From: Craspedostauros australis
Lineage: Eukaryota
DNA: 54,903 bases
Direction of reading: 5' to 3'
Assembly (NCBI GenBank): GCA_030167865.1
Contig: JALAGF010000598.1
Span: 1-54,903, forward strand
Below, piece after piece: positions 1 through 10,733 of this stretch; positions within the stretch are counted from its first letter, which is position 1; every line of letters starts with the position of its first letter. The notes beneath the pieces were generated by a model that saw only the letters and a program-made list of their open reading frames with translations, had not been told where the DNA came from and did no database searches. The translations under genes were made by a program, and so were the position numbers.

Positions 1-128
1 TACTAATGGTGGATTTAGAGTATTGGAGATGTGATGATCAAGGTCTGTGGCAGCCGAGGTGCCTCCATCAGCATCTGTCATCATACGGAAGTACGTATGC
101 CAACAAGCGAGTTTGCAAAAGCTGAACA

Positions 129-254
129 NNNNNNNNNNNNNNNNNNNNNNNNNNNNNNNNNNNNNNNNNNNNNNNNNNNNNNNNNNNNNNNNNNNNNNNN
201 NNNNNNNNNNNNNNNNNNNNNNNNNNNNNNNNNNNNNNNNNNNNNNNNNNNNNN
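129..254. other. Assembly gap (N run)
   Basis: Run of N characters in the sequence. Confidence 0.99.
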
Positions 255-1247
255 CGCTTTCGAACACCTGATGTGACGTCACGACACAGAATTGCGGGAA
301 GACATCCACGAACAGAGGAGAGGGGACGGAACGCATCGATGATAAAAACCTGTCGGAGCGACACACAGAATGGTATCGCATTCTGCTGTCGTGGTACCTG
401 GCACTGTCAGAGACCAGTGGCGAGGGCGCGAGTTTCGAAGGAAGGAAGATTCACTAAAAACAGGCAATTTGGTTACCGCAACCCCCACTTTTGATGACGT
501 CGTTGGTGTCTCAACACATGTCGCAAAAAAGATAAGTGGAAATCATTTCACAACGGAGGAATATAATAGAATAGTATAGAATACTATACTTGTAGCGTAA
601 CACAACTACAGCGTGTGCATTTCGTGGATGGGTCGTGTTTCATCAACACACCGCCACATGGAGGAGATGGGCGAACAGAAGATCTTTGGGTTTTGGTGGG
701 AGAGAAGTGACGGCCACCAAATGGCGCCATTGTCATCTTGGACTCAGTTGACTGCTTTGATATCGATTCGTGCAAGGCACAATTGCTGTGTCGCACGCGC
801 CAAAAAGGAGTTATGTGTTCGCGTGCCATCTTGGGCGTTGGACATTGGCGCCACTTTTCGAACCGCGAAATTCAATCGTTCGTTCGTGTTGTTGCGCCTT
901 GTTGCGGATTCAGTTCGTTTTCCTTTGTTGGGGTTGGACAACCGCAGCATCGACGCACCAAGAACGCTGCATCAATGTTGATGTGGTTGTTGTTGCGAAC
1001 GATGTTGGCAATAGGTCGCAGCGTTCGTGCCAATGCTCGCATTCCTTCGCAAACACCCACACTACAGGCAGGAGGGGATCACGAAGGAGCTGCCTTGTTT
1101 GTTTGGCACAGTCTGTTGTCATCGACGTATGATGATCATCTGCCACCCTATCCATCCATCCGCCACATCAACTTCATTCAACACAACGGACACAACAGAA
1201 CACAACCAACGCGCAAGTAGCATCCATCAAAGCGACATCCTACCATC

Positions 1248-4200
1248 ATGGACGTCGATGCACCCGATGATGAGGCCATGGTCGATCGCCATGGAAGCAC
1301 CTCCTCGATCAAGCCCTTCGTCTCACGCCCATTGCACTATGCGCACACCGCCACGGCCCATCCAACCAACGAGGGCGACGACACCTCCAAGACGATCAGC
1401 AGCACCAGCAGCCGCAGCCATCACAGATCGTTTGACGTGACGCCTGACGTCCACACTGGGAAATTGCATTATCCGCGCACTCCGCCCACGGTTTCGATAG
1501 AGGACGCAGGCTCGTTGGCAACACCTCCTGCTGCCAACCACGCAAGCAGCAGCTCCGACAACGGCTTCAGCTACGACAAGAGCAAATACAGGAGCTATCA
1601 ACCAATGCCGCCTTCATCAACTTTCAACGACACAGCAACCGCCCATCGATCCCAAGAAGACGGCCGCATCGCACACAGACTGGCAGCCGCCAAGGAACGC
1701 ATGCGATACTTGGAGAGTCGGTACGGCCCAGGCAGGAAGATACAATTCGCCAGCCATGCTGACAACAAGGATGGCCGCCATGTTGCGAATGACAACGATG
1801 ATGAAGTGTACGCATTCCAATACTCGCACACACACAGCTTCGATTCCTACGCACAAGACAAGAAGAGCAGCTCCATGCGCGACTCATCTCTCATCGATGA
1901 TGCCACCGTCGCGACATTGCAGACGACCCTCACCGATGAACAGTCCGGTCACCATCCTGCATCGATGTATGAGTCGACCGTCGGCAGACCGATCCATTCT
2001 CTCACATCACCGAGCAAACGGCGATCGAAGTCGCCACACATGCGCATTGATGACAGACCGCCGATCAACCGTGAAGATTGGGAGCAGATGCTGTCGAAAT
2101 TACCGACGCATAAGCTTCCCCACATGCCCACCTCCGCTTTTCAGAAGCCTAACCGTCGGCTTCGCATCACAAGCGATGATGAAGATCGTGACGAGGAAGA
2201 TGAGGAGGACCCAGCCAATGGAACTACTGCTGCTGCTTCTATCATCGCGCATGATGCCAATCATGCCAATGATCTTGCCCAGCCCAACTTCACCCAGCAA
2301 GTGCGATTGATGGTGGGTGCAATGGCAAATGTTGTCCGGGATGACAATGCCAACAGTGATGACAAGGGAACACAATCTGATGAGCATTGGCTCACACGTA
2401 TGATGTTGTCGGAATCAGATGATGAAAGTCAGCTTGTCGCGAAGTCTAAAAAACAACAGCAACGGCAGCAGCAACCACAACAGCCAACACCACGGTCGAA
2501 ACCTGCAGAGACTGTGCTTCCAACAACACCACAGATCCCTGACATCATCAACAGCCTACTGCCGAACGTTGACACCTGGAAGTTGCCCTTCACCATGAAT
2601 GACGAATCAGATGCATCCACGGTCCATAGCGCAACAACTCTCTCAACATACGAATCAAGAAGTCTCACATCCTTGTCTCGCAGCTACTACACGGATGCCT
2701 CATCGTCACACTTTGATGGTGAGTCGGATCACAACAACAGTCGCACGCAGCTACTGCAAACGGTGTACGAAACAGGTGACGAACAATCTGAGCTTGTTAT
2801 CCAAGAAGTCCAGCGGAATCTCAAGCGCAAGCCCGAGGCAATCGAGCCTGATGATGAGTGGTCCTTGCTATCATCGCCACTGGAGGAGCCAGCAAGACAG
2901 CAGCCTCGACCACGCGGCCCACCGATCCAGTTTCATGGGCGCGTCAAGGAGCTCTGCAAACTGAAGCAGGCCTACCTGCGATCCAAGAACCGCTGTGAGA
3001 TTGTCATCGTCGATGGTGTTGCAGGCGTCGGCAAGACTGCCATCTGTCAGCACTTCTTCGACAATGTGCACGACGCCACGCTGATCCTGGGATATGCCAA
3101 GTTCGAGCCGCCGATCGGGACGTCGCCTGACATTCATCCATATGGACCCATCTGCACTGCCTTCGCCTCCATCCTGCGTCAGGTCACGCAACGGAATCCA
3201 TCCTGGATCCAACAGCATCTTCCACGTGATTTGCAGATCGCATTGCAACGTCTGCGCGCTTCCTTTTGCGAATTCAGCGATCTACCTCAGTTCGCGGAAT
3301 CCAAAACGGAAGGACGGGATGACCGGCTTGGCTTCCGTCAGCTAGCCATGACCTTCCGCAACATCCTGCGCGTCATCTGTTGCCAAGCGCAGCACCACGT
3401 GGTCTTTTACCTGGACGATCTTCAGTGGCTCACCCCGCAGGCTGCTGAAGCTCTTCGTGTCATCCTTGCCCAAACGCGCCGCTTCATGTTCGTGGCGACG
3501 AGAAGGCCATCGAACTATTTCCTGTCGCGCAAATTGGAGAAACAGCGGCGTCCGCAAACGCATTTGGCCGTCAAGATCGATTCGCATATTCGCGTCGAGC
3601 ACATGGATGTGGAGGCCATCAACGCCTTGTTGCTGCAGCACTTCGACAAGTTGGATGAGATCAAGGTGCTGTCGTTGGCAGAGCAGTTGCACAATCACAG
3701 CCTCTTTCTCATTGTGGAATTCCTGCGCCTCGAAGGTACATGCGGTGTCATGGATCATCCCTTCGAGTTGGTGCAGGAGATTTTGGAGACTCGCATGCAT
3801 GCTGATACGCGATGCGTCCTCCTGTTTGCTTCCTTTTTGGCGTCGCAGACCTTCGATGCCGGCATCCTGTTGCAAGTCTTCAACGGTCAGGACGAATCAT
3901 CTTCTCAAATACCGCACATCGGGACCTTGGCAGAGTTGGAACGCATGCTTTCGGATGCCGTCACGGAGGGATTGCTGGTCAAGCTGCAGGAACCTCGCAT
4001 GTACATATTTTCGCACAACATCATCTGGGAGAGTCTGCGATGCAGGATGCTGCGTGGATTGTCGGCTTCCGATCGGCAGTACCTGCACCATTACATCGGC
4101 CAGCGGCTGCAGCTGTATCAGAACCGAGAACGCGAGTACGCCAACGTCATTCCTATCCAAGTCCTCAATCTGGCCGTGCAGCATTGCAATTACGACACGC

Positions 4201-6026
4201 ACCTCATCATGACGGATTCGCAGCGCATCGAGCTGATCGAAATGAATCTAGTCGCTGCACGTGCCGCCATCGAGGTCTGGTCCTTCGAAAGCGCCAACCA
4301 GTGCCTTATGCTGGCGCAGAGCTACTTCACGAACGAAGTGCAGTACTCCACCATGCTGCGCTTGACCTCGTTGCGTGCCCAGTGCCTGTTCAGCGCGAGA
4401 CGCATTCCGCAGGCACAAGAGATCGCCAAAGACGTCCTGGAGCAGGCGCGGTCATTGGATGTCAAGTGCCAAATCTACCTGCCGCTGATCGATTCCATGC
4501 TGTCGCAAGGCCGAGCTTCCGACGCGATCAATGCCAATCTCGACATCCTGGAGGAGCTGAAGTGTCCCCTGCCACGCACGTTGCCCAAGATCCAGGCACT
4601 CAAGATTCTGCCCAAGATCAAAAAGCGTTTGGCCACCATGACGCCGACGGAGTGGTTGCAGATGGAACCCAGCACTGATAAGAAGATCGAGGCTGGTCAA
4701 GGCTACCTCTTCACCCTCGTGGACGTCGCGACACGCGCCGGCAATTCGCCCTACCGCTTTCTCGCCATGCTGATGGGCATTCAGACCGTTGTGGAACATG
4801 GAGGATATGTCTGGGTATCCATGGCGCTCGCCAGCGCGGCAGCTGTCATGGTCAAGACCGACGACGTGAAGGAAGCACGCCGGTACTTCAAGCTGTGTCT
4901 TCGATGCGTGCAGGACCGACCGCAGTGCTACGCGCAGAATCGCCAAGCATTGTCCCTCGTCTACACATGCGTCAATCACACCTACCGACCGATCCAGGAC
5001 ACTCTGGATGGCCTGGCCCATTGCTACAGCCTGAGCCTGCAGGCTGGAGATTTTGAAGCCTTGGTCCACTTGATGGTGGCCTACAGTTTGTCGTTCCTGT
5101 ATTCCGGACTGTGCTTCCGCAAGCTGCAGCACGATCTGATCCAATTCCTCAGCCTTGTCGAAGATTACGGATCTCCACATCAGGTGCTGCTGCTGCGCCC
5201 CATCCTGCAGCTGCTGATGAATCTTTCGGGAGAAGGCGGGCAGCAGGACGCCACGTTCTTTGGGTACGTGCTCGATGAATCCCACGAAGCCGAGATTGCC
5301 AACAGCAGCTTCGACGAACGGTGCGATCGCGCGCAGTACGTGCTGCGGCATTGCCGCATGCTGTATGCCTACCTTATGAACGATGCCGAGGTCGCCGTCG
5401 CCATGTCGTCGCAGATGGAGTCCGCTAATTTCAAAATGAGCTCCGTACCGTGGCTGCCGCAGGAGAACATGCTGCACGGCCTCATCGCCGTGCGATGGGG
5501 ACAGAAACGCAAGTGCCTGAAGTGGTCCAATCTCTTGGACTCCAGCGCGGCCCGCGGTAGCATCCGTTGCCGTGTCGCGAAGCAGCTGCTGTTGGCGGAA
5601 GCGATGATCACGCAGAACAAGGAACCGTTCGCCATCCAGGCCGTGTTCGATACTGCCGTCGAGCTGTCCCAGCACAGCGGCAACAACTTTGCAAGTGCGT
5701 TGGGAAGCGAATTGATTGCATCGTACTTCGAAGCGGAGGGGATTGCGTCCGCGACCGTCTATTTGCAACGATCGCACGCATTCTACGCACAATGGGGTGC
5801 CACCAGGAAGTGCGCTCAATTGCAGCTGCAAGATGTGCCACCTGCTGATGCGTCTATCCCGCCGGTGCCGGATCGGCTACCGATGCGGGTTCGAGAAACC
5901 AAGCAGAAGAAACACAGCAGCAGTAGCAGCACCAGCAGCATTAAAAGCAGCCACCGTGCAGCCAGGGAAAAGGGGAGGTTGCCGGATTGGATGCAGCGTT
6001 TCAAACGGGGAGGGAAGAAGAAATGA
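1248..6026 (+). CDS. STAND/COG3899-like P-loop NTPase (AAA_16-type) with C-terminal TPR-like helical region and long disordered N-terminus, 1592 aa
   Basis: Uninterrupted ORF. Pre-P-loop FHGRVKEL, Walker A GVAGVGKT (nt ~3015-3038), Walker B VVFYLDDLQW, FSHNIIWE, and C-terminal YAQWGATRKC matching the Y..WGA..K motif that ends the helical region of COG3899 multi-sensor proteins. First ~550 aa are low complexity. Confidence 0.85.
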   Translation: MDVDAPDDEAMVDRHGSTSSIKPFVSRPLHYAHTATAHPTNEGDDTSKTISSTSSRSHHRSFDVTPDVHTGKLHYPRTPPTVSIEDAGSLATPPAANHASSSSDNGFSYDKSKYRSYQPMPPSSTFNDTATAHRSQEDGRIAHRLAAAKERMRYLESRYGPGRKIQFASHADNKDGRHVANDNDDEVYAFQYSHTHSFDSYAQDKKSSSMRDSSLIDDATVATLQTTLTDEQSGHHPASMYESTVGRPIHSLTSPSKRRSKSPHMRIDDRPPINREDWEQMLSKLPTHKLPHMPTSAFQKPNRRLRITSDDEDRDEEDEEDPANGTTAAASIIAHDANHANDLAQPNFTQQVRLMVGAMANVVRDDNANSDDKGTQSDEHWLTRMMLSESDDESQLVAKSKKQQQRQQQPQQPTPRSKPAETVLPTTPQIPDIINSLLPNVDTWKLPFTMNDESDASTVHSATTLSTYESRSLTSLSRSYYTDASSSHFDGESDHNNSRTQLLQTVYETGDEQSELVIQEVQRNLKRKPEAIEPDDEWSLLSSPLEEPARQQPRPRGPPIQFHGRVKELCKLKQAYLRSKNRCEIVIVDGVAGVGKTAICQHFFDNVHDATLILGYAKFEPPIGTSPDIHPYGPICTAFASILRQVTQRNPSWIQQHLPRDLQIALQRLRASFCEFSDLPQFAESKTEGRDDRLGFRQLAMTFRNILRVICCQAQHHVVFYLDDLQWLTPQAAEALRVILAQTRRFMFVATRRPSNYFLSRKLEKQRRPQTHLAVKIDSHIRVEHMDVEAINALLLQHFDKLDEIKVLSLAEQLHNHSLFLIVEFLRLEGTCGVMDHPFELVQEILETRMHADTRCVLLFASFLASQTFDAGILLQVFNGQDESSSQIPHIGTLAELERMLSDAVTEGLLVKLQEPRMYIFSHNIIWESLRCRMLRGLSASDRQYLHHYIGQRLQLYQNREREYANVIPIQVLNLAVQHCNYDTHLIMTDSQRIELIEMNLVAARAAIEVWSFESANQCLMLAQSYFTNEVQYSTMLRLTSLRAQCLFSARRIPQAQEIAKDVLEQARSLDVKCQIYLPLIDSMLSQGRASDAINANLDILEELKCPLPRTLPKIQALKILPKIKKRLATMTPTEWLQMEPSTDKKIEAGQGYLFTLVDVATRAGNSPYRFLAMLMGIQTVVEHGGYVWVSMALASAAAVMVKTDDVKEARRYFKLCLRCVQDRPQCYAQNRQALSLVYTCVNHTYRPIQDTLDGLAHCYSLSLQAGDFEALVHLMVAYSLSFLYSGLCFRKLQHDLIQFLSLVEDYGSPHQVLLLRPILQLLMNLSGEGGQQDATFFGYVLDESHEAEIANSSFDERCDRAQYVLRHCRMLYAYLMNDAEVAVAMSSQMESANFKMSSVPWLPQENMLHGLIAVRWGQKRKCLKWSNLLDSSAARGSIRCRVAKQLLLAEAMITQNKEPFAIQAVFDTAVELSQHSGNNFASALGSELIASYFEAEGIASATVYLQRSHAFYAQWGATRKCAQLQLQDVPPADASIPPVPDRLPMRVRETKQKKHSSSSSTSSIKSSHRAAREKGRLPDWMQRFKRGGKKK

Positions 6027-6293
6027 AAGGGCAGCGATCTGCTGCGACCACAACAACTACGATGACATATTATATAATATAATACATAGAGTGTATCACA
6101 TTTTACAGTTCATGTATTCTATTACATTTTATTTTACACGCTTTCTATTACACGAAGTGTTTTGTATGATGAATTGCCACACCAAATAACAAGTAGAATC
6201 CCATACGAACGCACAAACACTAAATGGACTTTGCCGTTGAGCGTGCTCGTGACACCATCTCAACACAGGGATGGTGCCATACCATGGTCCGCT

Positions 6294-7043
6294 CTACAAC
6301 TCCTGATCTGTGGCTGATGGTTCGCCAATCTTGACGTATTCGTCACCCAGCAACCTCTGGAACATGCATTGGCCTCCCTCACGCTCACGGGCTATCAAGG
6401 TGAACTGATGCTTGACTCCATCTACCGCGGCGTTGCCATGCACCATGCCTGCACCATGGATCGTCGTCGCGCCTGCCTTCTGTTCCACCACCACCGGCCC
6501 ATTCCGCGTGAGGTAGGTCATCTCGCCACCTTTGAAATCATCGTTGAGCAGGATGACCAAGCTGATCGCCGTGCCATCGGTGTGGTACGGACTCACGGTG
6601 TCATTCTCGTGCCGGAATCGTTGGTAGATGGCCCGGTAGACGGGATAATGGCGCTTCCCCATATGCCGCCAAAACATCATGAGCAGCTTCTTGAGATCCT
6701 CCAAGCCCAGCCATTGCAGAACATCTTCGGGATTGGCAGGGATATTGAAATCAATGATTTGCTCACGCCCCGCGTGCTTCTCCTCGACGAAATCGACGGC
6801 GGCTTTCAGCTGTTCCGGGGAACCGAAGGTACTGATCGTGTACGGCGCATCGAGGTCGGCATCTCGGATTCCCGAAACGATCTCGTGCATCTCCTCCATC
6901 GTGGGACGCGGATTGAACATCGTGACGTTCCGCGTCATGCCAAAGTGCGCCTCGCCGCTATCAGCGACCGTGGACGCAACGATGAGGAGGCAGAGGCAGC
7001 AGAGGAGCTGCGACATTGCTGAGGTCATCCTGTTGGTTGTCAT
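6294..7043 (-). CDS. Secreted/ER 2OG-Fe(II) dioxygenase (prolyl/lysyl-hydroxylase-like), ~249 aa
   Basis: HxD motif (YHTD), LVILLNDDFKGGE strand, distal His in MVHG followed by GVKH. Start placed at ATG 7043 (MTTNRMTSAMSQLLCCLCLLIVASTVA, signal-peptide-like) rather than the ORF-track start at 7256; later in-frame Met also possible. Confidence 0.8.
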   Translation of the reverse strand: MTTNRMTSAMSQLLCCLCLLIVASTVADSGEAHFGMTRNVTMFNPRPTMEEMHEIVSGIRDADLDAPYTISTFGSPEQLKAAVDFVEEKHAGREQIIDFNIPANPEDVLQWLGLEDLKKLLMMFWRHMGKRHYPVYRAIYQRFRHENDTVSPYHTDGTAISLVILLNDDFKGGEMTYLTRNGPVVVEQKAGATTIHGAGMVHGNAAVDGVKHQFTLIAREREGGQCMFQRLLGDEYVKIGEPSATDQEL

Positions 7044-7818
7044 TGTTGTAGGTACGTGCAGTCCACGTTGTTGCCTTGAGTGGATGAGAAAATGAGTGAC
7101 CGAGTGGAGTACGGAGAGGAGTGTGGTGTGGTGGAGTTGCTGCATCAACTTCGATAGCATGGACAAGAGAGGAAGTACGAGTGCGGCTTTGGCACTCACG
7201 CATCGACATGCGGAACGGATGGAATGCATTGTCACCAATAGTCGAAAGAGGCACACTCATAGCATTTGTGCATCGCCGTTCTGTCGTGGTGGCTTCTCTG
7301 CCCATCATCGTGTGCGTCGGTTCGCATCCGCCAAGTGAATTTGTTTGGGGACGACGGTTCCCATCCTTGTTGGGCACCGACGTCGTACAGACTGGTTCCT
7401 CGCCTTTGCGCGTGTTGTTGAGCGATCTTTGGTGTTCGTGTTTGCCCATTCACGGATACTTTTTCGCCTCAGGGCGACACCGCACCAAACGGAACAGAAC
7501 GAGACGCAACGCAATGCGACCTCGTGGCTTCGTTCGCGCGCCCGTTGCGGCCGATCGCGACTGGCTACGGATGGTGGTGCGCCGGTTGCGAAGTTGCCAT
7601 GAAAGTAGCAGGAGCATTGGGAACAAGACGAGCAGTGAGGCACACAGATCATGATTGATGCTTCACTCTTTTGGCTTTGTTGATATTTTGCTATTCATAT
7701 AATACGTCACAGGAGAGACTTATTGATTGCATCCGCCCGAGAGAGCCTCGTCATTAACACAAATGTGACAGAGTACTTGTGGCGGCCGCACAGACTTGGC
7801 GAATGCTTCATTCTGCAT

Positions 7819-9798
7819 TTACAGCATGAGCATACCGGCGATGGCACCAGCAAGGCCGATCAACTCAACGACGTTGACCATGCGGAAGGCGTCGGACGTT
7901 GGGGCGGCAGTTGGCATGTCAGTTGGTGCGGATGTGACAGCTGGCGATGGTGCCGCGGATGGTGACGTGGATGGTGCCATCGTTGCGTCCGGTTCATTGA
8001 GGGCGCTGACGGGGAACATGGCGGAGTCGATGACATCTTCGAGAACGTGGATGACACCGTTGTTGGCGAGGACATCGCCTGTGGCGACGGTGAGGCCGTT
8101 GACGGTGACGACATCGCCGGCCTTCGTCAAGGTGAGCTCGTCCATGGACAAAGCATCGACCTTCTCGCCGCTGGTGATCTGCTCAACGGTCTTGACGCCC
8201 GCGACGACGTGGGCCTTCAAGATGGTCTCGAGGATGGTGTTGTTTGCCAGGATGGTGGCGAAGGCTTTGGGGAAGTTGGTTTCGAGCTTGGTGAATGCGA
8301 CATCGTTGGGTGCGAAGAGGGTGTATCCGGCAGTTCCGGTGAGGATGCTGACGATGGCCGGGAACTTGGTGGCCTGGGCGAGGAGAGTGTTGAACGCGCC
8401 GGCGGCAGTGGCGACCTGCACGATGTTATGGGTGGCGAACGATGGCAGGAGGACGGCGTCGATTCCATGCACGACGCCTGGGTTGCCGGGGGCGTCCAAG
8501 TTGACGCGCCCGGGCACTGGCATGCTGCTGTTGTTGATGGTGATCTCGCCCATGCCTTCGACGGCGAAGGAGAGCACCTCTCCGGAGAGGCTAGTGACCA
8601 TGGCACCGTCCGTGATCATGTCGGAGGTGATGACGGCATCGCCGATGACGTGGTAGAGGAGGAGGTTCTTGAGGTGCGTGATGAACATGTCCGTATCGAG
8701 GTTCTGGAAGAACGGGTTGGTTTCGAGCGCGGCGATTGCGAGATTGGTGGGTGCGAAGAGCGTGAGGTTGGTGCCAGTGTCGAGGGTCTCGGCGAGGTCA
8801 GCGTCAACTGCAAAGGCAACGAGGTCCGAGAAATCGGCTGGGTAGCTAAGGAGGACGTCGACGATGGTGGCGGCCGTGATGGCTTCGTCGATGACATGAA
8901 CGACTCCGTTGTTGGCGAAAGTAAAGCTATCGAAGGAGGCGCTCTGGACCGTGCCGACCAGGTCCCCTTCCGTGTTGGTCATCGCGTCGACGTTGAGCGT
9001 GCCGCCGTTGACAGCCATGATAGTGGTGGCCGCTGCCAACTCAGCTGGAAGGAGGATGCTGCCGACGACGTGGTAGAGGAGGAAGTCGCTTACGAAAGCC
9101 TCGTCGTTGAATTTGCTCTGCAACCACGGTTTCTTGTTGAGGAAGGCGGTGATGCCAGCGTTGGTAGGGGCGAAGAGGGTGTACCCTGCATCGTTGGCAC
9201 CGAGGGTGCTGAGGGTTCCGTTGAGCATGGCCAAGTCGGCTAGTGAGATGAGTGTGGAGAAATCCGGATCGAGAGTGCCGAGGTCATAGATGCTCAAGGA
9301 GAGGAATTCTGGGGTAAGGACCGCATCGATGCCGTGGACGATACCGTTGTCGGCTGGGAAGGTACTGTCCACTTCGGCGTCTCCTGGATTAAGGGTGATG
9401 GCGCCACCTGACGCGACGGAGAAGTCGATATCAAGTCCTGAGTCGCTTTCCTTGACGAGCCCGTCAGTAATCGACGAAGCTGGCAGCACCTCTGGCACGA
9501 GGTGAGAAGCGAGGAGGAATCCGAGGTGGCCAAGCCAGTCATCCGAAATGAGTCTGGCCAGAAGACCAGCTGGGAGGGCACCGAAGGCAGCTTTGTTTGG
9601 GGCGAAGAGGGTGGCATTGAGGTTGGGATCGTCGAGGATCGTACCGAGGCCGGCGGCATTGACTGCCGCCAACAAAGTGTCGTAGCTGCTGGGGTTGTCG
9701 GTGATGATGTCCAGGATGGAGTCCTGAGCGTTCACCATGGTGCTGGACAGAGCGATAGCTCCGATCATGGAGGAGAGGCTTCCGACGGAGAACTTCAT
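7819..9798 (-). CDS. Fasciclin-like cell-surface protein, 4 FAS1 domains, signal peptide, Pro/Ser/Thr stalk and predicted GPI signal (paralog 1)
   Basis: Four H1 motifs (TLFAPNKAAF, YTLFAPTN, LTLFAPTN, YTLFAPND) and four H2 motifs (NGIVHGIDAVL, NGVVHVID, PGVVHGIDAVL, NGVIHVLEDVI). N-terminal hydrophobic signal ending VNA-QD. C-terminal APSTSPSAAPSP stalk and hydrophobic tail. Confidence 0.95.
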   Translation of the reverse strand: MKFSVGSLSSMIGAIALSSTMVNAQDSILDIITDNPSSYDTLLAAVNAAGLGTILDDPNLNATLFAPNKAAFGALPAGLLARLISDDWLGHLGFLLASHLVPEVLPASSITDGLVKESDSGLDIDFSVASGGAITLNPGDAEVDSTFPADNGIVHGIDAVLTPEFLSLSIYDLGTLDPDFSTLISLADLAMLNGTLSTLGANDAGYTLFAPTNAGITAFLNKKPWLQSKFNDEAFVSDFLLYHVVGSILLPAELAAATTIMAVNGGTLNVDAMTNTEGDLVGTVQSASFDSFTFANNGVVHVIDEAITAATIVDVLLSYPADFSDLVAFAVDADLAETLDTGTNLTLFAPTNLAIAALETNPFFQNLDTDMFITHLKNLLLYHVIGDAVITSDMITDGAMVTSLSGEVLSFAVEGMGEITINNSSMPVPGRVNLDAPGNPGVVHGIDAVLLPSFATHNIVQVATAAGAFNTLLAQATKFPAIVSILTGTAGYTLFAPNDVAFTKLETNFPKAFATILANNTILETILKAHVVAGVKTVEQITSGEKVDALSMDELTLTKAGDVVTVNGLTVATGDVLANNGVIHVLEDVIDSAMFPVSALNEPDATMAPSTSPSAAPSPAVTSAPTDMPTAAPTSDAFRMVNVVELIGLAGAIAGMLML

Positions 9799-10662
9799 TA
9801 TTGCCGTGCGATGTTTGGTTGTTTTGGTTGGTTGGTTCGTCGGTCAGTAGGTTGCTGCTGGGGTGTTTGTGTGCTTTCGCTTTTTTTCTTGCTTTTGCTT
9901 TGGGGTGCGATCTATTTTATGGCCGAAAAGAGAAGATTGGAAATGGGAGGCAGCTTCGTCGCGTTGTAATTACGTCACTCGCGTTATTTCGCGGTGGCCA
10001 ATGCTTCCGACGCTCCGCTAAAATGCGCGCCGTGTGTTGGATCTTTGGTGTGTTGGGCATCGGTCGCAACGTCCTGACGCGTGCCTCACACACACGTGTG
10101 TATAGCAGAGCGGTTGTTTCTGCACACAAAATGCAACCAAGGTCGCACTGCTCGATTGCTCCTCCAGAAAGGAGGCTGTTGTGACGAAGTGAAGCGAGAC
10201 TCCGCCCAACAGACGCTGATGACACGACACAGCCATCACATCATCAGGCCGCCAAAACCTGACATCTTCCGAGTTGCTGTGATGCCGAAGCGTTCGTATC
10301 TTTGAATCTCCCAAACGAAAGATACTGCGTACCGACGCGCGCTCTCACGTCTGCGAATGAAAGCGAAGGATCCACATCGAATTCTCAAAAACCGCTCAGA
10401 TCGAGCACCCAGTTTACGTTGCACATTTCCATGGAGTCAGAATGCGCGTTTGAGTCTTACAAAAATAGTCCGTTTGGTTGCATGCCAACAGAACAACCTC
10501 GTCGCAACGCGTCATCGTGACATTTGACACGATTGATTGTGCTCCTTTTCCCGAAATGATGAGTCATCAAGTCATGTCCTGACGTCATCGATCGGCGATG
10601 TCACAACGATCACAATTTCGCGATTGGCACGCGGCGCATTGGAATCTGGCAGCGAAAAGTTG

Positions 10663-10733
10663 AAGAGGAAGAGGAAGAGGAAGCGGAAGAAGGGAAGAAC
10701 GACAGCGACGGCGACGACGACGACGACGACGAA
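10663..10733. repeat. Compound microsatellite (GAGGAA)n followed by (GAC)n
   Basis: gaagaggaagaggaagaggaagcggaagaaggg...gacgacgacgacgacgacg read directly. Confidence 0.8.

Noticed and set aside
1..1220. Short ORFs around and after the first N gap, including 370-579 ending at a small hairpin (agtatag-aata-ctatact, 573-590)
   Set aside because: No recognisable motifs; several ORFs exist only because Ns hide stops; a 7-bp stem is expected by chance.
4452..5831. 459-aa minus-strand ORF and other long ORFs overlapping NTPase 1
   Set aside because: Antisense shadow of a GC3-rich coding frame; no domain features.
7044..7256. ORF-track N-terminal extensions (also 28781-28933, 31192-31278, 34032-34085, 53888-54016)
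   Set aside because: They begin at non-ATG codons or precede conserved/signal-peptide starts; treated as 5' UTR.
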